Of a DNA stretch of 32,000 nucleotides, positions 1 to 6,499 are shown one piece after another. Both the position numbers and the translations under genes were made by a program. The stretch is taken from the NCBI RefSeq assembly GCF_000007985.2, contig NC_002939.5, positions 2,850,001-2,882,000 on the forward strand. Direction: 5' to 3'. The DNA is from Geobacter sulfurreducens PCA. Lineage in GTDB: Bacteria; Desulfobacterota; Desulfuromonadia; Geobacterales; Geobacteraceae. Under the pieces are notes generated by a model. It was not told the DNA's origin. It saw only the letters and a list, made by a program, of their open reading frames with translations, and ran no database searches. Within the stretch, counting starts at the first letter, position 1, and every line of letters starts with the position of its first letter.

Positions 1-442
1 TGAGATCGAACAATGTCTTTATCGGGAGAAGGAGGTACGGAAAAGAGAATTGAGCCTTAAGGGTAGCGTAGGTATGGGATTCCCGCAGCACGGTGGCGAT
101 CACCTGGCCTTTCCAGGTATCGCCGCTCTGCAGGGTCTGGAGCCTCTGCGGGTGGATCCAGCACGGCCCCATGTCTAGGGCGGAATAGGTGCCGATATCT
201 ACCGGATTGGTGGTCCCCCAATGATTCAGCCCCGAATGCTTGGTCACCTGCACATCAGTGCCGTTGACGTTGCTGAGCAGATACGCCTCTTCGGCATCCG
301 ACGCCGTTGTGCTGCCAACAGCCCCGAAATACCAGACACGCACCCCTTTCTGCATCCATCCGACATCAATGGCCCACACGCCGGCCCCATCCACACCCAA
401 CAACAGGACCAGCACCAGACAGGAAATCGCTATCTTTTTCAT
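1..442 (-). CDS. secreted hypothetical protein, partial (C-terminus outside window)
   Basis: Reverse-strand frame is open from ATG 442-440 to position 1. It is absent from the ORF track because it has no stop in the window. GGAGG lies 9 nt upstream (cctcc at 452-456 on +). N-terminus MKKIAISCLVLVLLLGVDGAGVWA resembles a Sec signal peptide. Confidence 0.6.
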   Translation of the reverse strand, partial: MKKIAISCLVLVLLLGVDGAGVWAIDVGWMQKGVRVWYFGAVGSTTASDAEEAYLLSNVNGTDVQVTKHSGLNHWGTTNPVDIGTYSALDMGPCWIHPQRLQTLQSGDTWKGQVIATVLRESHTYATLKAQFSFPYLLLPIKTLFDL

Positions 443-542
443 ATCTCATACCTCCTTCTGCGGGAGGGATGGAGAGAGGAAGGTAACGGAGGGGGAGGGG
501 AAGGTATTCAGAGGGACGGGAATTTACATTTACTATGCATGA

Positions 543-570
543 ACTTTACCACCAGAAACCAGTTCGTCAA
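543..570 (-). promoter_or_regulatory. candidate sigma70-type promoter for the 1..442 gene
   Basis: Reverse strand TTGACG (570-565), 16 nt spacer, TAAAGT (548-543), about 100 nt upstream of the ATG at 442. Confidence 0.25.
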
Positions 571-790
571 TGGAATTACAGGGATTATTGGTGATTGTGA
601 TGGGGGATTGGGGTGCTGCGGCGAGGATGAGATTCTGAGCTATTTGCGGGTTCTCCCCTGTCGCCGGGTTGGGTGCGCTCCGGAACATTCGCGCCACATA
701 AAAAAGAGCGCCCCTCAGCCTTGTGCGAGCCATGAGTCGGGGGAATCCCCTCGCCACACCGTGCCAGCAACCAATTCGTCTCATATCCGT

Positions 791-833
791 TTGACAATGG
801 ATAGCCAACTATGTTTAAGTATAGCCGGCTATA
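791..833 (+). promoter_or_regulatory. candidate marR promoter with palindromic operator sites
   Basis: TTGACA at 791-796 and an extended -10-like TGtTTAAGT at 812-820. A perfect 14-bp palindrome TATAGCCGGCTATA sits at 820-833, with a related ATAGCCAACTAT at 801-812. Both lie just upstream of the regulator ATG at 862. Confidence 0.45.
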
Positions 834-861
834 CAAAGAGGACATCACCAGGAGGCCCGGA

Positions 862-1290
862 ATGAATGATGACCTGTGCTACAAGCTGAACTACCTGGCC
901 CGGCTGATTCTGTCCAAGGTGAATGAAAAAATAAAACCGCACGGAGTAACGCAGGGGCAACTTCCGGTTCTTTGCTGCCTGCATGACGCGGAAGGACAGA
1001 CTCAAGCCGAACTGTGCAAGAATATTCAGGTTGAGCAACCAACCATGGCCAATACGTTGCGACGCATGGAGCGGGACGGTCTGATCTTCCGGACCGCCAG
1101 CGACAAGGACAAACGGCAGTCACGGGTGTATATAACCGAGCGGACCCGCCCGACAGTCGAAGCCTTACAGGAGAAACGGGACGAGGTTGTCGCCGCGATG
1201 GTGCGGCACATGTCGCCAGAGGACCTGGCAACGTTCACCCGACTGCTCGATGTCGCTACAAAGGCCTTGGAGAACCCGGAAACAGAGTAA
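862..1290 (+). CDS. MarR family transcriptional regulator
   Basis: ORF track 811..1290 trimmed to ATG 862, which is preceded by AGGAGG (850-855). Winged-helix MarR-like core: QGQLPVLCCLHDAEGQTQAELCKNIQVEQPTMANTLRRMERDGLIFR...DKRQSRVYIT. Confidence 0.85.
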   Translation: MNDDLCYKLNYLARLILSKVNEKIKPHGVTQGQLPVLCCLHDAEGQTQAELCKNIQVEQPTMANTLRRMERDGLIFRTASDKDKRQSRVYITERTRPTVEALQEKRDEVVAAMVRHMSPEDLATFTRLLDVATKALENPETE

Positions 1291-1307
1291 TCAACAGGAG
1301 AATCTCA

Positions 1308-2666
1308 ATGCAAACGTTTGATGTTGTTGTTATCGGCGGCGGTCCCGGAGGCATGACCGCAGGGATGATGCTGAAGCAGGCTGGCAAATCGGTCGCGATC
1401 ATCCAGGAAAATCACGACAGTTTCGGCGGGGTCTGTCTCAACCGTGGCTGCATGCCGACCAAATCCATGCTAAAAGCGGCCAAGGTCTATCGCGATGCCC
1501 AAAACAGCGAGAAATACGGCCTGGACCTATCCGTGAACCCTGTCGATTTAACACGCCTGCGCGCCGTTGCCGACGCAGATCTGAACATGCTGCGTCATAT
1601 GGTCCAGGGAAAACTGACCGATGCGCGCATTGCCGTCTTCCGCGGCAAAGGCTCTTTCCTGTCCGAACATGAGCTACAGATCTGCCAAGCAGATGGCAGT
1701 TCCGAACAAATCCGCGGCGAAAAAATTATCATTGCGACCGGTTCGGTCCCCGCCGAACTTCCCTGTGCCCCCTTTGATGGGCACTCCATCCTCTCCAGTG
1801 ACCAGATTCTGAAAAACACGGATCTCCCGCACAAGCTGCTGATTATCGGCGGCGGGGCGATAGGCTGCGAGTTTGCAACCCTGTACAACACCTTCGGCAG
1901 CAGAGTTACCTTGGTTGAAGCCATGGATAGCCTGCTGCCACGGGAAGACAAGGAAGCCGGGAAAACGCTGCAGTCCACCTTTGAACAGCAGGGCATCACG
2001 GTGAAAACAGGCGCGGCCATCAAAAGCATTTCGGTCGAGGCTGGAACGGTCCATGTCCATTATGACGGCTCCTGCGCAACCGAAGAATTCGACAAGGTAC
2101 TGGTCGGCATCGGCCGCACAGCGAACATTGCCGGGCTGAACCTTGACGCTGCCGGAGTAGCGACCGAACAGGGCGCTGTCAAGGTTAACGAGATGATGCA
2201 GACCACCGTTCCCCACATCTACGCGCTGGGCGACGTGATCGGTGGCATGACCCTGGCCCATGCGGCAGAAAAAGAAGGGTACCTGCTTGCCCAGAATCTT
2301 ATTCAGGGCACTCGCCACCCCCTCGACCATCGTGCTGTCCCGCGAGTTGTGTTCTGTCACCCCGAAGTGGCGGCAGTAGGAACACATGAAGCCAGGGCCG
2401 GCATTAAGGCCTTCACCATGCCACAGGCCCCCAATGGCCGCGCCGTGGTGGACAAAGTCGCGCCGGCCTTCGTGAAGCTGTTTATCGAGGAGGATACCTC
2501 TCAAATCGCCGGGGCAATCATCATCGGAGAAGGGGCAACAGAAATGATCCACGAGATGGCAGTGGCGGTCGAAAACCGTCTGACCCTGGAGCAGATAGGG
2601 AAAACGGTCCATGCCCATCCGACTCATTCCAAAAATGTTCTGCTAGCCGTCCAGCACTTCAATTAA
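1308..2666 (+). CDS. class I FAD-dependent pyridine nucleotide-disulfide oxidoreductase (dihydrolipoyl dehydrogenase-like)
   Basis: 452-aa ORF 17 nt after the marR stop, with an AGGAGA RBS. Contains GGGPGG FAD fold, redox-active CxxxxC (GGVCLNRGCMPTK), a second dinucleotide fold IIGGGAIGCEF and a C-terminal dimerisation motif HAHPT. Confidence 0.85.
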   Translation: MQTFDVVVIGGGPGGMTAGMMLKQAGKSVAIIQENHDSFGGVCLNRGCMPTKSMLKAAKVYRDAQNSEKYGLDLSVNPVDLTRLRAVADADLNMLRHMVQGKLTDARIAVFRGKGSFLSEHELQICQADGSSEQIRGEKIIIATGSVPAELPCAPFDGHSILSSDQILKNTDLPHKLLIIGGGAIGCEFATLYNTFGSRVTLVEAMDSLLPREDKEAGKTLQSTFEQQGITVKTGAAIKSISVEAGTVHVHYDGSCATEEFDKVLVGIGRTANIAGLNLDAAGVATEQGAVKVNEMMQTTVPHIYALGDVIGGMTLAHAAEKEGYLLAQNLIQGTRHPLDHRAVPRVVFCHPEVAAVGTHEARAGIKAFTMPQAPNGRAVVDKVAPAFVKLFIEEDTSQIAGAIIIGEGATEMIHEMAVAVENRLTLEQIGKTVHAHPTHSKNVLLAVQHFN

Positions 2667-2729
2667 TTCAACGATTGAACTCGTTATAATTGTTACCAAA
2701 TAACCCGCCTCACATCAGTTATGATCTCA

Positions 2730-2762
2730 AGCGGCTCTCCGGCTTCAGCATGGAGAGCCGCT
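2730..2762 (+). terminator. perfect 11-bp stem hairpin downstream of the oxidoreductase gene (possible terminator, no U-tract)
   Basis: AGCGGCTCTCC (2730-2740), 11 nt loop, GGAGAGCCGCT (2752-2762). No T-run follows on either strand, so the terminator function is uncertain. Confidence 0.3.
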
Positions 2763-2909
2763 ACGGGAATGTCCCTGCCCCCTCATAAGCATCCCCAGCC
2801 CCCTGAAGGAGGAGCGGGAGCCTTACACTGCCGGTTTTACCGGCAAAAGTGAGGCTCTAAACGCTGAGAATGTGTTCTTTTGGGCCAAATCTACTGCAGC
2901 TTCAGGTTG

Positions 2910-3356
2910 TTAGCTTGGTCCGACCCCACACCCCGCCTTTGCATAGGCTTTCTGGTAACCGCTTCCAATTACCTGACCTTTGTGGTGGTATATGGCCCCC
3001 CTTGTGATGTAACCCCGGCACATGATTCCTCGCACCAACAGCTCAATAACAGCTCCCCAGCAATGGCTTATTAAGTTGATGACACCTGCTGGGGACACCT
3101 CCGAGGACACAATCACACAATCAGAAATCTGCGTCAGTTCAAAATTAAGGTTCTTTTGAATGAATCTGCTCTCTGGGCAGGTCCGGGCTCCATAACGGTC
3201 AAAGATTTCCTTGTCCTCTTGCTTCCCGAGTTTCGATAGACATTCCATTAACTCAGGTAATGCCATTCCAAGACCGGATTCGGATGCTTCAACCATGCTC
3301 TTGAATCCCAGTACATCTACAAATGCTATAAATTTGTCCTCATATTTCATGATCAC
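2910..3356 (-). CDS. palm-domain nucleotide cyclase-like protein (class III cyclase / GGDEF-type fold), probably 3'-truncated
   Basis: 148-aa ORF. FIAFVDVLGFKSMV resembles the first metal-Asp strand (xFxDIxGFT), ISDCVIVSS the second Asp strand, and MCRGYITRGAIYHHKGQVIGSGYQKAY the hRxGIxxGxh...hxGxxhxxA segment. The domain stops about 10 aa later in a GC-rich tail (KAGCGVGPS) at the island edge. Confidence 0.5.
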   Translation of the reverse strand: MIMKYEDKFIAFVDVLGFKSMVEASESGLGMALPELMECLSKLGKQEDKEIFDRYGARTCPESRFIQKNLNFELTQISDCVIVSSEVSPAGVINLISHCWGAVIELLVRGIMCRGYITRGAIYHHKGQVIGSGYQKAYAKAGCGVGPS

Positions 3357-3376
3357 TCTCTTTATTATTTTCTACT

Positions 3377-3437
3377 GCACAACGTGTATGAGGCGCACCC
3401 GCCGCGTTAGCGGTCGGCGTGCCGCCGAGAGTTATGT
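3377..3437 (-). other. integron attC site (61 bp)
   Basis: Minus strand: ACATAAC-tctc-GGCGGCACGCCGACCGC-taac-GCGGCGGGTGCGCC-tcatacac-GTTGTGC. The stem has three bulged bases on the 5' arm. R'' ACATAA is the exact reverse complement of TTATGT, which starts this cassette at 4344. Confidence 0.7.
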
Positions 3438-3598
3438 GCTAACGCATTGGGGGATATATGCGGCTTGTCAGCTTCAAGTATTTCGCTTTTTTGTTCGGTG
3501 GCGCAGTAAAGCCGCTTTCATTTTATGCAAAAGGTGGAGGATTATGGTTACTCCGTTTTGGTAGTTTTTATACTAAAGCGGCCCCTTCTGACTTTGGT

Positions 3599-4318
3599 TC
3601 ATGTGTGGATAAAAGTCTTAGCCAAAGGGGAAGGCGGTTGTAATTGCAGTTGGTTTTCTAAAGTTGCTGGAATATTTTCGTCTGCCATTTCTTTTAGGGC
3701 GTCTAGGTATGCTTGTTTGGCTGTTTGTGCGGTTATGATTTGAAATCCATAGTTGTCTGACGCTATTTGCATTGCTTTTACTGCCTCATCTATATGTCGG
3801 CCTTTAGCAACCAAGTGGTAGAAAGTTGCATATGCAACAGCAGTTTCAGGCCATTCCGGTTCAGCTGGGTGTCCAATTACAGCAAAGAAAGGCGCTTCAG
3901 TGTCATCAATATTCATAGCCATTCGGCAAGCAGCGACACCGCTACAACACGACATGCAAATTAACAGATTGCCTTTAAGCGCCTCACTAAGCGGGGTCAA
4001 AATTTCTTTCAACTCCGCCCATGTAATTTGCTCTCCGTTTGAAAGCTGTATTCCTTCGGGGAAACCATGAGCACTTATGTGTAAAACTGGTGCTCGGTCA
4101 TCATAGCTTTTGATTACCTGTGGCAGGTCGTGAGTTAGTGCGAAAACAAATGCATCTTTTGATATGGCACACCGTACAGAACATGGAATGCCGTTAAGAT
4201 TTACGGCTTGTTGGATTAATGATCCCTCTGACCTCCCGAAATAAATATCTCTGTCAGATGGTGATTCAATAATATTAACGTAGAACTTTATCGCCTCGTT
4301 ATTATTTTCCTGGGTCAT
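3599..4318 (-). CDS. minimal caspase/CHAT-like protein (His-Cys dyad), paralog A
   Basis: 239-aa ORF with RBS GAAAGGA 7 nt upstream. Alternating strand/helix pattern with PVLHISAHG (His after a hydrophobic strand) and NLLICMSCCSG (Cys after the next hydrophobic strand) about 40 aa apart, as in caspase-hemoglobinase fold proteases. Clearly alignable with 10486..11175. Confidence 0.55.
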   Translation of the reverse strand: MTQENNNEAIKFYVNIIESPSDRDIYFGRSEGSLIQQAVNLNGIPCSVRCAISKDAFVFALTHDLPQVIKSYDDRAPVLHISAHGFPEGIQLSNGEQITWAELKEILTPLSEALKGNLLICMSCCSGVAACRMAMNIDDTEAPFFAVIGHPAEPEWPETAVAYATFYHLVAKGRHIDEAVKAMQIASDNYGFQIITAQTAKQAYLDALKEMADENIPATLENQLQLQPPSPLAKTFIHT

Positions 4319-4338
4319 ATTTGATCCTTTCTCGATTC

Positions 4339-4403
4339 ACATAACGGCCGGGGGCGCACCGGCGTAGCGTAGCGGAGTCCGAGTGCCGCCGCCCATGTTG
4401 GAA
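4339..4403 (-). other. integron attC site (65 bp)
   Basis: Minus strand: TTCCAAC-at-GGGCGGCGGCAC...GTGCGCCCCC-ggcc-GTTATGT, a 10-bp stem with two bulged bases on the 5' arm. R'' TTCCAA is the exact reverse complement of TTGGAA, which starts this cassette at 5577. Confidence 0.75.
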
Positions 4404-4443
4404 GTGCTCTTTACTTTTTCGCCAATTCTCACTGTGCCTCATT

Positions 4444-5550
4444 TTATAGGGGATGGTAAGTGAACCTTACATTTGGAAAATTTTCGATGTTCTTCATGAT
4501 TTCATTGTATATGGTGTCAAACTCCCAAAAATTATTGTCTGGGCCTTCCGCGAGCTTTTGAACTTCCTGTGCCGCGTCTTCGGGGGATATTGTTTTAAAA
4601 TATTCCGAGACCCTAATAGGTATTGGCCATAAAAGACCTTGGTTCATTACTATTTTGGGGAGCTTTATGCGAGGGAATTCAATCTTGGCTATTGCACACT
4701 GTTCATTTAAGAATTTCAGTAGTGTGCTTTCATCGTGGAAAACAAATGGAGTTGGTTTGGACGTTGAAAAATCTGCCTTTACTTTATAGAGTTCTGTTTT
4801 CTGTTCATGAGCATTGTACAAATGGTAGCGCTTTGCTTGCCCCTTAAATTGGAAAACTAGCGCCCCAACTTGATAGTCTACTCTGATGAAATTAATGCAG
4901 TTCTTTTTGCCATCCTGCAGATAGCAGATCTCATCGCTGATATTAACCCTGTATGAGTATTTGCCTAGATTAGCTGAAGGAGTTCCTCTAATCCAGGACT
5001 CCCAGATGAAATCAGGTAGTAGGCCAACGAACGTCCCTTTTTTGTCAAAGAACTTGAAATGCTCAAATGAACTCATATCAAAAATTTCATCAGTTTTTAC
5101 TTCTATCTCGGTAATCGCGCAGAATATGAATACATGTGACTGTAGTGCATTCAGAACTTCAGTCTTGATATTTATTTCTTCATTATGCTTGAGCACCAGC
5201 GTTTTCATTCCAACTTCATGTGCACGTTCAACCGCTTGAGTAGTATACCCACGAGTTGTAACAAAAATACTTGTTTGTGTCGCTAGGCCTACATCCTGCA
5301 GTTTACCTATAAAAGCATCTATATGATGAGAGTCGACCTTTCTTTTGTAATCTTTGCATTCGATAGCAAAATGAACTTTTTGTCCTACTAATTCTCCTGT
5401 GATTAAGACATCTATTTCGCGCAATCCACCGGCTCCGCCCTTTCTACGCAGGGATCGTAGCCGCACATTTTTCTGCACAGTCACATTCGGTTCATCAAAG
5501 GCCGCAGCGACAACTCTCTCTACCAACTTCCATTTCTTGTCATCAGCCAT
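4444..5550 (-). CDS. Mrr-like PD-(D/E)xK restriction-endonuclease-fold domain fused to an unknown ~240-aa C-terminal domain
   Basis: 368-aa ORF. The N-terminus REIDVLITGELVGQKVHFAIECKDYKRKVDSHHIDAFIGKL...TSIFVTTRGYTTQAVERA matches the D...(E/Q)xK plus 'hhhhTtxxFT' layout of Mrr-type nucleases. I do not recognise the remainder. Confidence 0.7.
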   Translation of the reverse strand: MADDKKWKLVERVVAAAFDEPNVTVQKNVRLRSLRRKGGAGGLREIDVLITGELVGQKVHFAIECKDYKRKVDSHHIDAFIGKLQDVGLATQTSIFVTTRGYTTQAVERAHEVGMKTLVLKHNEEINIKTEVLNALQSHVFIFCAITEIEVKTDEIFDMSSFEHFKFFDKKGTFVGLLPDFIWESWIRGTPSANLGKYSYRVNISDEICYLQDGKKNCINFIRVDYQVGALVFQFKGQAKRYHLYNAHEQKTELYKVKADFSTSKPTPFVFHDESTLLKFLNEQCAIAKIEFPRIKLPKIVMNQGLLWPIPIRVSEYFKTISPEDAAQEVQKLAEGPDNNFWEFDTIYNEIMKNIENFPNVRFTYHPL

Positions 5551-5571
5551 TTCAGGATTTTTCCTTTAGCC

Positions 5572-5627
5572 TTCCAACGTCTCAAGGCGCCAGCGGCGGA
5601 GCGTCAGCGGAGACCGCTGTCGCCGCA
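5572..5627 (-). other. integron attC site, L''-loop-L'-R' portion (R'' separated by IS110-family copy 1)
   Basis: Minus strand: ctgc-GGCGACAGCGG-17 nt-CCGCTGGCGCC-ttgagac-GTTGGAA (R' at 5578-5572), followed 21 nt later by the ATG at 5550. The matching R'' GTCCAAC lies at 7030-7024 on the other side of the IS. Confidence 0.7.
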
Positions 5628-5716
5628 GGATACTATGTAAGGCCCCCCTTGGGCATACGGATTTTTGCCGTATGCTGGACTTTGCGAGAACCCATTCTCC
5701 AAAGGAGGCCTTACCC

Positions 5717-6499
5717 ATGAGATTTTACACAAAAACTCACAAACACTACTGCGGAATCGATCTTCATGCGAAGAAAATGTTCCTCTGTATCCTGGATGCA
5801 CAGGGCGAGGTGCTCCTGCACCGCAACATCTCAAGTTCGCCGGAGGCCTTTCTCAAAGCAGTCGCGCCTTTCCGTGATGGCTTGGTGGTCGGCGTGGAAT
5901 GCATGTTTGCCTGGTACTGGCTTGCCGATCTCTGCCGTAAGGAAGGAATCGAATTTGTCTTGGGTCATGCCCTTTACATGAAAGCCGTCCACGGCGGGAA
6001 AGCGAAAAACGACAAGATCGATTCCCACAAGATCGCGGTGCTGTTACGCGGCGGCTCGTTCCCTGTTGCTTACGTCTACCCTCCGGAGATGCGCGCTACC
6101 CGCGATCTGCTGCGCCGTCGGACCCATATCCACGGTGTCGGGCAAATCCTGGCCCTGGTGATGCTCTACGAGATCCACGACATCAATCGTTTTGAGTCGG
6201 TTCAGGATTTCGCCTCTTACTGCCGCTTAGTCAAATGCAGTCACGAATCAGCCGGGAAGAAGAAAGGCAGCGGCGGCGCCAAGATCGGCAATGCGCATCT
6301 GAAGTGGGCCTTTTCCGAAGCAGCCATGCTGTTCATCCGTTACAACCCGCCGGCCAAGAAGCTGGTGGAGAATCTGGCCAAGGTACATGGCAAGGGAAAG
6401 GCTATCGGAATCATAGCGCACAAGCTGGCGCGGGCGATCTATTACATGCTGAAAAATAACGTGCCGTTCAACTTGGAGAAGTTCATGGCAACAGCATAG
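5717..6499 (+). CDS. IS110 family transposase with in-frame ~88-aa internal deletion (probably defective)
   Basis: ORF track 5672..6499 trimmed to ATG 5717 (AAAGGAGG RBS). It has an N-terminal DEDD/RuvC-like YCGIDLH..VGVECMF..KNDKIDSHKIA and a C-terminal Transposase_20-like part. It lacks the segment NFFVRKRAEL...LKLLRSIN that is present in the 348-aa copy at 15260..16306. Confidence 0.75.
   Translation: MRFYTKTHKHYCGIDLHAKKMFLCILDAQGEVLLHRNISSSPEAFLKAVAPFRDGLVVGVECMFAWYWLADLCRKEGIEFVLGHALYMKAVHGGKAKNDKIDSHKIAVLLRGGSFPVAYVYPPEMRATRDLLRRRTHIHGVGQILALVMLYEIHDINRFESVQDFASYCRLVKCSHESAGKKKGSGGAKIGNAHLKWAFSEAAMLFIRYNPPAKKLVENLAKVHGKGKAIGIIAHKLARAIYYMLKNNVPFNLEKFMATA

Noticed and set aside
221-865. 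214-aa and 100-aa plus-strand ORFs and 87-91-aa minus-strand ORFs in the 220-865 region
   Set aside because: They overlap the real minus-strand secreted-protein gene (1-442) or lie in the divergent promoter region. They have no RBS, and their composition looks like random translation.
2806-2860. Resemblance to the IS110-family left end / start region (GGAGG..GCCTTACAC.TG...TTTTAC) suggesting a third, decayed copy
   Set aside because: Only about 10-nt blocks match, and nothing upstream or downstream aligns with the element. I cannot distinguish this from chance by eye.
3599-5550. Idea that the Mrr-like nuclease and caspase-like paralog A form an operon (likewise the HEPN-like gene and paralog B at 10486-12221)
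   Set aside because: In both cases a complete attC with matching cassette-end complementarity lies between the genes (4339-4403 and 11200-11258). They are therefore independent cassettes, and their adjacency may be fortuitous.
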